The notes under the pieces: generated by a model | Told to the model about the DNA's origin: nothing | Seen by the model: only the letters and a program-made list of their open reading frames with translations | Database searches by the model: none | NCBI RefSeq assembly: GCF_000372725.1 | Contig: NW_005201191.1 | Coordinates: forward strand, 31,612 to 81,773 | Reading direction: 5' to 3' | DNA: 50,162 bases | From: Emiliania huxleyi CCMP1516 | Lineage: Eukaryota | In this document: positions 34,521-44,449 of the stretch, piece after piece | Numbering within the stretch: the first letter of the stretch is position 1 | Layout: the number at the start of each line of letters is the position of its first letter | Made by a program: the position numbers and the translations under genes

Positions 34521-37295
34521 TCACGAGCGCTGCTGCTCGGCTGCATCCGCGGCCATCCTGGCAGCGGTCGCCTTGGCCTTCGAAGCAGCCGCAACAGCAG
34601 CGCTCGCCTCTGCAGCGGCCGTCGCGTCCGCGAGCGCCGCGTTGGCCTTCTCCAGCGCTGCGACGATCTCCGCCTGCGCCTGCGCCGCCGCCGCCCGAGC
34701 CGCCTCTGCCGCCGCCGCCGCCTCTTCGTCCGCCTCTGCCTCCTCCTCCGCCTCGTCCGCCTCAGCGTCCAAACGCACAGCCTCGGCCACCGCTGCCGAC
34801 GCCGCTGCCTGGCTCTCCGCTGTGATGCCGAACCGGATCCTCTCCTCGTGACACTTCTCGAGAAGCCTCATCATTCTCTCCTCCTCGGCCTTCTTTGCGG
34901 CCTCCGCTGCCTCCAACGGCGCCTCATCACCCTCCGCCGCCGCCATCGTCTCCTGCGACGGCCCAGCCGCGCCCGCCTCGCCGCCCTTCTTCTTCTTCTT
35001 GCCCTTCTTGCCCTTGGCGCGCTTCTCCGCCTCGACCTCCGCCAGCAGCTCGTCGGCGTGCCGCGCCGCCTCCTTCTCCTCCGCCGCCCTCTCCGCCGCC
35101 CTCTCCGCCGCCCCCGCAGCCCACGCCTCCTCCTTCGCCGACTTCTCGGCCGCCACCTTGGCCGCCGCATGCTCCTCGAGGGCGCGCACGCACTCGGCGT
35201 GGCCCTTCCCCTTGGCCGATTGCAGCGCGGTCTTGCCGCTGCTATTGCACAGCGTCATGTCTGCGCCCGCCCGCAGCAGGCAGAGAAGGGCGGCGGGGTG
35301 TCCGAACAAGGCGGCGAACATCAGAGTGGTGTCGCCGTCGTTGTCCTGCAGGTCGATCTCCGCGCCGTGCCGGATCAGCGTGTCTACAACCCGCTCGTGG
35401 CCATAGCAGGCGGCCTCCATCAGCGCTGTGCTGCCGTTGCTGTTCTTCTGGTCGATCTTTGCGCCGCACCGCAACGCCAGCTCGACCAGATTCTCGTAGC
35501 CGTTCGCGGCGGCGAGACCCAACGCGGTACTGCCGTCGCTGTTCTGCAACGAGACATCTGCACCGCGCCGCAGAAGCGCATCGGCCAGCCCCGCGTGGCC
35601 ATGGGACATTGCGACCATCAGCAGCGTCACGCCGCTCACAGGGCCGTCCGCAAAGATGTACTCGAACCTCTCGTTGACCCGCCCGCCGCCGTCGAGCCAC
35701 GCCAGCATCGTCGCCTCTTCGCCTCGCTCAGCCGCTAGCACGACCTCCTTTGGCACCGCCTCGCTGCCCGGCGCAGCTTCCGCACCGCCCTCGCCGCTCG
35801 AGGCAGAGGCCGCGGCACTGGCGCCCGCCGCCTCGCCTGCGGGTGCGCCGCCCGCCCCTGCGCCGTCCGCCTCGGCCGACGGCGCCTTGCTCCGAGCTGC
35901 CGTCACCTCCCCGAGATACGTCCTGAAGGCCTCGTAGCACTCGGCGTGGCCCTTCTCCTTGGCAATCTGCAGTGCTGTCGCACCCACCACGTTTCGCAGC
36001 TTCATGTCTGCGCCCGCCCGCAGCAAGCGGAGCTCCACGGCGGGATGGTTGCCGAGGGCGGCGAACATCAGAGCGGTGTCGCCGTTGTTGTTTTGTAGGT
36101 TGATCTCCGCGCCGTGCCGGATCAGCGTGTCTACAACCCGCTCGTGGCCTTCGTAGGCAGCGGCCATCAGCGCAGTGCTGCCGTCGCTGTACTTCTGATT
36201 GATCTCCGCGCCACGCTGCAATGCCAGCTCGACCATTTTCTCGCGGCCGCTGGCGGCGGCGATGCTCAGCGCGTTGCTGCTGTTGCTGGCCTGCAATGAG
36301 ACATCCGCGCCGCGCCGCAGAAGCGCCTCGGCCAGCTCCGCGTGGCCATTGGCCATCGCGATCATCAGCAGCGTCATGCCGCTCGCACGGTAGCCGTCCA
36401 AAAAGGTGTACTCGAACGTCTCGTCGACCCGCCCGCCGCCGTCGAACCACGACAGCACCGCTCCCACTTGGCCATCTTCGGCGGCCCTCTGAATGCTTGC
36501 AGGGACGTCGCCGCCGCCTTCCGCGAACGGCGAAGGCGGCGTGCCGGGCGCGGTGGACATTTGGTCCAGGGCCGACTCCTTAACGTGCTGCCTGAAGGCC
36601 TCGACGCACTCGGCGTGGCCCTCCTCCTTGGCCAGCTGCAGCGCCGTGCTGCCGTCAACAGTGCGTGACGCCGTGTCAGCGCCCGCCCGCAGCAAGCGCC
36701 GCACGACGGATGGGTGGTTGAAGAGGGCGGCGATCATGAGCGCGGTGCAGCCGATGCTGTCCTGCAGGTTGACCTCCGCGCCGTGCCGAATCAGCAGCTC
36801 GACCACCCGCTCGTGGCCATCCTGGGCGGCAGTCATCAGCGCGGTGCAGCCTTTGCTGTCCTGCAGGCTGAGCTCCGCGCCTTGCCGAATCAGCAGCTCG
36901 ACCACCCGCTCGTGGCCTTTGCCGGCGGCGAGAATCAGCGCGGTGAAGCCGTTGCTATCCTGCAGGTTGATCTCCGCGCCGCGCTCCAGCAGCAAGTCGA
37001 CCACCCGCTCGTGGCCTTGGCTGACGGCCCACATCAGCGCGGCGCCACCGACGCTGTCCTGCTGGTTGATCTCTGCGCCGTGCCGAAGCAGCAGCTCGAC
37101 CACCCGCTCGTGGCCTTGGTTGGCGGCTTCCATCAGCAGCGTGAAGCCGCTCACGCCGCCTCTCTCGTACGCCGCGTCGACCCGCCCGCCGCTGTCGAGC
37201 CACGCCAGCACCGCCTCCTCCTCGCCACGCTGCACCGCTAGCACGGCCGCGTCGGAGCAGCTCAGGCCAGCCCCCAACGCTACTGTTTCCGCCAT
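34521..37295 (-). CDS. Intronless ankyrin-repeat protein: three duplicated ankyrin modules plus an Ala/Glu/Lys-rich coiled-coil tail
   Basis: Repeated G.TALM.AA..GHERVV..L.RHGAEIN.Q motifs; each module opens with ...LAWLDGGGRV-like sequence. Confidence 0.93.
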   Translation of the reverse strand: MAETVALGAGLSCSDAAVLAVQRGEEEAVLAWLDSGGRVDAAYERGGVSGFTLLMEAANQGHERVVELLLRHGAEINQQDSVGGAALMWAVSQGHERVVDLLLERGAEINLQDSNGFTALILAAGKGHERVVELLIRQGAELSLQDSKGCTALMTAAQDGHERVVELLIRHGAEVNLQDSIGCTALMIAALFNHPSVVRRLLRAGADTASRTVDGSTALQLAKEEGHAECVEAFRQHVKESALDQMSTAPGTPPSPFAEGGGDVPASIQRAAEDGQVGAVLSWFDGGGRVDETFEYTFLDGYRASGMTLLMIAMANGHAELAEALLRRGADVSLQASNSSNALSIAAASGREKMVELALQRGAEINQKYSDGSTALMAAAYEGHERVVDTLIRHGAEINLQNNNGDTALMFAALGNHPAVELRLLRAGADMKLRNVVGATALQIAKEKGHAECYEAFRTYLGEVTAARSKAPSAEADGAGAGGAPAGEAAGASAAASASSGEGGAEAAPGSEAVPKEVVLAAERGEEATMLAWLDGGGRVNERFEYIFADGPVSGVTLLMVAMSHGHAGLADALLRRGADVSLQNSDGSTALGLAAANGYENLVELALRCGAKIDQKNSNGSTALMEAACYGHERVVDTLIRHGAEIDLQDNDGDTTLMFAALFGHPAALLCLLRAGADMTLCNSSGKTALQSAKGKGHAECVRALEEHAAAKVAAEKSAKEEAWAAGAAERAAERAAEEKEAARHADELLAEVEAEKRAKGKKGKKKKKGGEAGAAGPSQETMAAAEGDEAPLEAAEAAKKAEEERMMRLLEKCHEERIRFGITAESQAAASAAVAEAVRLDAEADEAEEEAEADEEAAAAAEAARAAAAQAQAEIVAALEKANAALADATAAAEASAAVAAASKAKATAARMAADAAEQQRS

Positions 37296-37466
37296 GGCTG
37301 GGTTCCGGCTCTTTGAGGCGTAGGGACACAACCATGTGGAAGGACTAAAATTCGTGCAGCGTTTCTTCATTTTCTTTTGCTGACTTACCTATTTTCTTTT
37401 TCTTCATTTGCTGGCCTCAGGTGTGAAGGCACAGTCGAGTTGCGCCTGCACGGCCCCCACGAGCGT

Positions 37467-38618
37467 ATGAAAGCTGTGCTGCTCATCGGAAACTTCTCGG
37501 GCAGCCTCCGGCCGCTGACGCTGTCGCAGCCGCTTCCGCTCCTCCGCTTTTGCAACCGCTCGCTCATCTTTCACCAGCTCCAGGCGCTGAAGGATGCCGG
37601 CATCTCGCAAGTCGTCATCTGCCACCCGAACAAGGAGGCGCGTCCGCACAGCGCCGCCGGTGCCCGGCGGGCGGCGTCCACCCTCCCCCTCGCCGGTCAC
37701 GGCGCCGCGCGGTCGGCGCAGGTGCCGGCCGACTGGACAGCGGCCATCGAGCAGCTGAGCGGCGAGCTGGGGCTCAAGCTCGTCTGCTCGCAAGAGACCG
37801 AACCGGCGGGCACCGCCGGCGCGCTCAAGCACGCGGAGGCGAGTTCGTCGCCGCCCGACGGCACCAGCCGGCGAGGCGCCCAGTGCCAATCTACTCTTCT
37901 CGCGGTTCGTACTCCTGTAGGCGCTCGTCACCGACGACGGCACCAACGACGCGCCCTTCATCGTCGTGAACGCCGACGTGCTCTGCTCGTACCCGCTGCG
38001 CGACCTCCTGCTCGCCCACCTCAAGCGCGGCCGCGAGGGCCACGAGGGCGACCCTTCTCGGAGCCTTCTCGGAGCCTTCTCGGAGCCTTCTAGGCACGGC
38101 CGCGAGGGGACGCTGCTGACGACCCGCTCAGAGGAGCCGTCCGAGTACGGCGTGGTGGTGGTGGACGAGAGGACGGGAGGCGTCACACCCACTTCGTGGA
38201 CCGTATTGGCGCAAGACCTTTCCTAGACCTTTCCTGGAACCTTCCTGCAGGCATCACCCACTTTGTGGACCGGCCAGAGACGTTTGTGTCCGACCGCATC
38301 AACTGCGGCGCACTTGCTAGACACTTCCGACACCTCCTAGACACTTCCTTTGTGTCAGACCGCATCCGACTGCGGCGCCTGCGCCTTCTCGCCCGCCATG
38401 TTCGAGGAGAGGGGGGGAGTGCAGCTACTATGCGTCTATCTCTTCTCGCATATCTCGCCATATCTCCCCATATCTCCCCATATCTCCCCCACATCTAGGC
38501 GTCTATGTCTTCTCGCCCGCCATCTTCGAGCGCATCCGCGCGAGCTCGCGCGTCTCGATGAACGAGCTGCTGCCCGCGATGGCCAAGGTGGAGGAAGCAC
38601 ACACGCACGCGCGCGCAT

Positions 38619-38653
<35 letters not shown>

Positions 38654-41498
38654 CATCACCGCTCACCCACGCGCACCGGGCCTTGCACTTTGAACGCCAT
38701 GGGGCTCCTGTCTTTTAGACGTGGAGTCGCGAGGGGTCGCCTGGCCCCTTGCCCCGCCACCTTGTGTGTGTGGAGAGGCGGGCTTGTGCGTCACCTTGCC
38801 TCACCTTGCCTTAGGCGGGGTAATCTCCCCGTATCCCCCCCATATCTCCCCCATATCTCCCCCATACCTTCCCCATATCTCCCCTCACTTTGCCCCCCGC
38901 CTTAGGCCGAGCAGCTCAACTCGATGCTGCTCTCGGGGTACTGGGCCAAGCTCACCTCGACCCTTCTAGGAGCCTTCTCGGAACCTTCTAGGAGCCTTCT
39001 AGGTACTGGGCCAAGCTCACCTCGACCCTTCTAGGAGCCTTCTCGGAACCTTCTAGGAGCCTTCTAGGTACTGGGCCAAGCTCACCTCGACCCTTCTAGG
39101 AGCCTTCTCGGAACCTTCTAGGAGCCTTCTAGGTACTGGGCCAAGCTCACCTCGACCCTTCTAGGAGCCTTCTCGGAACCTTCTAGGAGCCTTCTAGGTA
39201 CTGGGCCAAGCTCACCTCGACCCTTCTAGGAGCCTTCTCGGAACCTTCTAGGAGCCTTCTAGGTACTGGGCCAGGCTCACCTCGACCCTTCTAGGAGCCT
39301 TCTCGGAACCTTCTAGGAGCCTTCTAGGTACTGGGTCAAGCTCACCTCGACCCGCTCGTACATGGGCGCCGTCGCGTCGCACCTGGAGATCGCGCGCTAC
39401 CTGGCGCCCGCCGCCCGGCCAGACACCTCCTCCCACCCCGCCCCACACACCTCCTCGACCCGTCCCACGCTTGCCAGACGCTTGCTAGACCCCGCCCCAC
39501 ACACCTCCTCGACCCGTCCCACGCTTGCCAGACGCTTGCTAGACCCCGCCCCATACACCTCCTCGACCCGTCCCACGCTTGCCAGACGCTTGCTAGACCC
39601 CGCCCCACACACCTCCTCGACCCGTCCCACGCTTGCCAGACGCTTGCTAGACCCCGCCCCACACACCTCCTCGACCCGTCCCACGCCTGCCAGACGCTTG
39701 CTAGACCCCGCCCCACACACCTCCTCGACCCGTCCCACGCCTGCCAGACGCTTGCTAGACCCCGCCCCACACACCTCCTCGACCCGTCCCACGCTTGCCA
39801 GACGCTTGCTAGACCCCGCCCCACACACCTCCTCGACCCGTCCCACGCTTGCCAGACGCTTGCTAGACCCCGCCCCACACACCTCCTCGACCCGTCCCAC
39901 GCCTGCCAGACGCTTGCTAGACCCCGCCCCATACACCTCCTCGACCCGTCCCACGCTTGCCAGACGCTTGCTAGACCCCGCCGCGCGCCGCCAGACGCCC
40001 GCCCTCGCGAGTCGACGGCGGACGTCACTGTCACCCCATCTCTCCCCCATATCTCCCCCATATCTCCCCCATATCTCCCCCATATCTCCCCATCTCTCCC
40101 CCATCTCTCCCCATATCTCCCCCATATCTCCCCAGATCTCCCCCATATCTCCCCAGGCGCCCGCCTCGCTCGCCGAGTCGACGGCGGACTTCACTGTCAC
40201 CGGGAAGTCGATCCTAGAAGCGGAGTACGTGTTCCTGTATCCCAACTAGCCCTCGAGAGCGCAACGTCTTCCACTGCATTCGATCGCCTTCGGCCGCATT
40301 CACCTGCACTCACCGCCTCCGCCTCTCTTGTCTTCACGCGGAGCTCTGAAGACGCTGCACAGTCCCGTCTTCCCGCCCCGAGGCTGGCGTGTTCAGCACG
40401 TAGGAACGTGATGGTCCACCCGTCCGCAACCATCGGCAAGGTAACCCTAACCCTACCCCTAACCCTAACCCTAACCCTAACCCTAACCCTGACCCTGACC
40501 CTGACCCTACCCCTACCCCTACCCCTAACCCTAACCCTAACCCTACCCCTAACCCTAACCCTAACCCTAACCCTGACCCTGACCCTGACCCTGACCCTAC
40601 CCCTACCCCTACCCCTAACCCTAACCCTAACCCTACCCCTAACCCTAACCCTAACCCTACCCCTACCCCTACCCCTAACCGCAACCATCGGCAAGGGGTG
40701 CGTCGTCGGGCCGGCGGTCGTGATTGGCCCAAACTGCCGCGTGGCCGAGGGGGTGAGGCTCGCGCCCTGTAGATGTGCGGACCCACCCTCACTCCTCCGC
40801 GTACTCGCCCGTCCTCGCATCGCGCCGTGCGCCGTTCCATATCCCCCACATCTCCCCCACATCCCCCCACATCTCCCCCATATCTCCCCATATCTCCCCG
40901 TACTCGCACCGTGCGCCGTCCCACGCCGTGCGGGTTCACGCGACCCGCCAAGAGCCATCCCCTACCCCACGCGCCGTTCTACCTCCTTCTAGACGTCGAG
41001 TCGCGAGGGTCGCCCGGCCCCGCGCCCCACCACCCTTGTGTGTGTGGAGAAGTGTACCTGACCTTACCTTCCCGTAGGCTCGAGTCGTGCACGCTGCTCG
41101 AGGGCGCCGCCGTCGCATCGCACGCCATCATCCGCGAGTCTGTCCTCGGCCTCGGCTCCTCCATCGGCCGCTGGTGTTTCGTCAACGGGTCAGTCCTCGG
41201 CGAGGCTGTCGAGGTGAGACACACGCACACGCACACGCACCCACGCGCACGCGCACGCGCACACGCACACGCACACGCACACGCACACGCACACGCACAC
41301 GCACACGCACACGCACACGCACACGCACACACACGCCGCCCTCTCCCGGCAGCTCTCCCCCCCCCTTGTGTGCCCGGAGAAGTTTCCCGGACCCTTCCTC
41401 CCCTCGAGGTGTGCGAGGCGCTGCTGCTCAATGGCGCGACGGTGCTGCCGCAGAAGCAGCTGGAGCGGAATATCCGCAGCCCCGAGATTGTCATCTGA
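37467..41498 (+). CDS. Mannose-1-phosphate guanylyltransferase (GDP-mannose pyrophosphorylase)-like protein with degenerate catalytic motifs; 13 exons
   Basis: MKAVLLIG...LRPLTLSQP, EPAGTAGAL, FIVVNADVLCSYPL, EPSEYGVVV, INCGVYVFSP, NVMVHPSATIGKGCVVGPAVVIG (left-handed beta-helix), GATVLPQK...PEIVI. Introns 37638-37721, 37839-37920, 38025-38093, 38180-38250, 38308-38498, 38588-38905, 38938-39327, 39404-40156, ~40204-40403, 40441-40695, 40758-41077, 41214-41408. Confidence 0.9.
38661..38814 (+). mobile_element. Copy of the ~140-bp dispersed intron-associated element, in intron 6 of the GMPP-like gene
   Basis: Matches 11365-11506 and reverse 44572-44710; ends in CCTTGCCTTAG. Confidence 0.75.
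38938..39327 (+). repeat. Tandem array of six 65-bp units forming the whole of intron 7; each unit runs GT...AG
   Basis: Unit GTACTGGGCCAAGCTCACCTCGACCCTTCTAGGAGCCTTCTCGGAACCTTCTAGGAGCCTTCTAG starts at 38938, 39003, 39068, 39133, 39198 and 39263. Confidence 0.97.
39436..39980 (+). repeat. 54-bp minisatellite, about 10 copies, in intron 8 of the GMPP-like gene
   Basis: CCCCGCCCCACACACCTCCTCGACCCGTCCCACGCTTGCCAGACGCTTGCTAGA repeated. Confidence 0.95.
40441..40680. repeat. Interstitial telomere-like tract (CCCTAA/CCCTGA/CCCTAC)n filling intron 10
   Basis: About 40 hexamers, reverse complement TTAGGG and variants. Confidence 0.95.
40987..41077 (+). mobile_element. 5'-truncated copy of the ~140-bp element, ending at the intron 11 acceptor
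   Basis: TAGACGTCGAGTCGCGAGGGTCGCC...TGTGTGTGTGGAGA...CCTTACCTTCCCGTAG/exon. Confidence 0.7.
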
Positions 41499-42589
41499 GG
41501 GCCCCGAGATTGTCATCTGAGGGCCCCGAGATTGTCATCTGAGGGTGGCGCGGCGGCTGCGTGCTCGTGAGGGCGGCTTGGGCGGTCCGCGCCGTGCGTG
41601 AGTAGTTTTGAGAACGCACAGTCACACGCACCACGTCTCGTACAACGTGCGAGAGTTGCGTGTGCTCCCAATAGGAATTGGGAGCGGCAGTTGTGCCAAC
41701 TGGCCGCAGTGAAACCACCCCCTTCCCAACCGTCTCAGGGACGGACGCATTTGCCCCCTTTCAAAGGCGGTTTCGAAGTTGATGAGACCTCGCCCCCCCC
41801 TCTCCAATGAAAAGCGTAAAAAGAGGCGCGGAACAGGCCGGAAGCGCCGCTTGGACGTGGGTCACACAATGGCAGCGCTCCAGACGCGCTCTGGTAGCTG
41901 CCAATGAAGCTGCAGCCCATCGCGCACGCGCCGGACGGCCGCTGCACCTCCACTGCAGTGCCCTCCTGCACCGAGTGACGCGTCAAACCTTTGTTGCTGC
42001 CCATGACCGACGGCGGCTCCGAGCTCGAGCGAGCCCTGGCTGAGCTAAGCCACTGCGGTCGCAACGCAGCGCTGCGGTCGGTGCAGAGTGGCCGTGCGCG
42101 TACGGCGTCGTACGCGCACGGCCGCTCTGCCTCAGTGGCGTGCGGCTTGGGCCAACTGGAGGTCGCTCTCCTACCTCGCTCGCCGAGCTCACAACCCGGC
42201 GCGAGCCGCATTGAGTGGAAGTTCGACTTCAGCTGCCGCGAGTGGATGGACTGCCTTGTCGAGTGCAAGCAGTTGGGCTCCGCCGGGAGCACGTGGTGCA
42301 ACATGTTCTCTGGGCGCCAGCAGACGCGAGCGCGCAAGCGCGTGTTGAACCGGACGCTCCATAGCAACAAGAGATACACTCGAAGGGGGGTACACGTTTT
42401 TTATTCGGGTTTCGTGGGTTATAGTGCACTATGGACGACGAAACCGAAGACGGTTGGCCCCGGGGTGGTTTCACTGCGCAACTCTCGCGCAGTCGCACGG
42501 TGCGATTTGTGATGAGCCTAGAGATCCCCCCCCCGGCCGGGTCAATCTCCAATTCTCCAAACTGGAAAATGTTTTCACTCCAAGTGTAC

Positions 42590-43377
42590 ACGTGCGCTGT
42601 CGACATCACCCAGGGAGCGCCCTCGCCGTGCGGCCCGCCCGGCCGCGACACAGCTCGCGGCGCGTACTGCGGGGAGCACAAGCCGGGCAGGGTGAGCCGG
42701 CAGGGTGAGGCAGACCTCCTCCTCCACACACAGGGCGGCGACCTGCGGAAAATCGCGAAGGATGCGCCGCATCGTCGCGTCGATCGTCTGCCCTCCCTCC
42801 TCCGGCCTCGTCACCGCGGGGGGCGTGTCGGGAGGGCGGGCGCAGCGCCTCCGCCTCGCCTCGCACGCGCCTAGTCACGCGCCAACGGTCCATCCGCGAG
42901 AGAAGTGCACCCTCGCCTCGCACCAAAGTCGCTACAGGCGCTAGCCACTACCACGACACGAGTGTGTCGATAGCTGCGCACCCTGGGACGAGAAGGAGCC
43001 GCAATCAAACGCCTCGCCAACCACTCGCTTGAATCTGCACACTCGGCACGAGGATGGGCAGCGCACCAGACCGTCGGAGCCGTCGTGGTCGTCGCACGCA
43101 TTTCTCTCCGCTTGAGCCGCTCCTCGCGCGAGCGCATCTCGCCGGGTCGGCCCTGCCTGCAGTGTGTGCACGAGTCCGCGCAGCTGGCCAGCATGAAGCT
43201 CGGGTTTGCCTCACACTCACCCGTCGCCGCCCAGCCGGCGCAGTTCTCGTTCTTGTCGGCGCAGCTGCGGTCGTCGTCGTCCTTTGCGTCTCCACTCGCG
43301 ACGAGCCGCGGGAAGGCGTGGCTCGGGCAGGCAGATGAGATCAACACGGGTGCCAGTAAAATTAGACCTGGGCGCAT
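42590..43377 (-). pseudogene. Truncated ShKT-domain gene resembling the N-terminal part of algal ShKT-prolyl 4-hydroxylases
   Basis: ShKT CADKNENCAGWAATGECEANPSFMLASCADSCTHC; frameshift near 43105; degenerate second ShKT (RCPSSCRVC); then CARPPDTPPAV...IDATMRRILRDFPQ/YAPRAVSRP...PWV, where the sequence breaks off before any catalytic domain. Confidence 0.6.
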
Positions 43378-44003
43378 GCTGGGTTCGGGCGTGCTGACCG
43401 CGTGCGAGGGCGGCAAGGAGCTGCTCTACGAGGCGTACCGGCACCTGGCGCTGCGGCCTACCGCCTCCGCAGCTGCGTCTGCCTCGAGCCCGCGGCCCCG
43501 CGCACTCGGCCGCGCATGTCTCATGGCGTGCATCGGTCGATTCCAAATGCCTTTCTCACCGGATGGAAGCAGCACATTGATCAGCCGTACTCCTACGCAA
43601 CCGCCCTCACGGAAATCGAGGGCGTGCCGGCGGAGGCGACGCACATCTTTGTTGGAGCGAGGGCACCCGACGGCACCATCGCGCTCGGGGCGTGCGGGCG
43701 GCGCGACGAGGTGCTGCGACGGACGAGCAGCGAGGATGAGACGCACGAGGAGAATGGGGCCTTTTGGTACAATTACGTCGTCGACGACGACGACGAGTAT
43801 GGGGGGTCCTTTGGCTTCTCCCGCGTCGCCGCCGTCACGCTGTGCAGTGCAGACGTCCTCGGCTGCGACTATGGATCAAGTAAAGTTGACGAAGACGGGC
43901 ATACCGTCTGAGCTGGCACACCGAGGGCAGCGCTGGCTGGCGCGCTGGCACCGAAATTAATTTAGACGAGGCCCGAGAGTGGCGGAAGCATGTATTGGAT
44001 CTA
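43376..44003 (+). pseudogene. Frameshifted fragment: BACK-domain-like end plus an uncharacterised domain often seen after BTB domains in protists
   Basis: ELLYEAYRHLAL...PRTRPR; GWKQHIDQPYSYAT...IFVGA...ENGAFWY...SFGFS...AD; RLSWH...GWRAG...WRK, spread across three frames. Confidence 0.5.
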
Positions 44004-44449
44004 GAGGATCATGTGTGTGCATGAACTGGATCCGGGATCACGAGATTGCGCAGGGCCCAGGTACGGCAACGTTGAGTGTGATGTGTGTGTGCAGCGGCGC
44101 CCCCTCGCTAGTCGCGCTAACGCTCGATTCTCTTTATATAGACCGCGCGATGAAAATCGGATTACGATCGCCCCATTTTGCCGATGGCGCTCACGCGGGC
44201 GGAGATAGTGCCCGCGGATCGTGGAGGTCCACAACTACCCGAGTGCCCCAACTCGTACGCGCAGAAAATGTACAACTGGCAGACGCTGAACGCGCGGGTC
44301 AACAAGAACGAAGAAGCCGAATCGCTGCCGCAATACTTGTACTTGCTTCTTTTGCCCGAGTCACAAGAGGTGCGCGCCCAGGGCGCCGCCGAGCTGTCGC
44401 CACAGCTCCATCGCCGCCCTCAGCCACGCCCGCTCCTCCTGCTGCGCGC

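Noticed and set aside
33561..35738. 725-aa plus-strand ORF
   Set aside because: Largely the antisense shadow of the minus-strand ankyrin gene; no recognisable motifs.
38938..39980. Regular repeat arrays that might be mistaken for CRISPR
   Set aside because: Units are identical tandem copies with no unique spacers, lie in eukaryotic introns, and no cas genes are present.
39342..40249. ORFs with perfect 18-aa repeats on both strands
   Set aside because: Translations of a 54-bp intronic minisatellite; splicing it out restores the GMPP-like protein.
41807..42512. ORFs with a GSAGSTW motif reminiscent of fucosyltransferase C-termini
   Set aside because: The motif is too short and the context unconvincing without a profile search.
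4444..43377. Glycan-related genes (SGT1-like, GH55, GMPP-like, ShKT-P4H relic) as a functional cluster
   Set aside because: Spread over ~40 kb, interleaved with unrelated genes and gaps, and in different pathways; co-location is probably chance.
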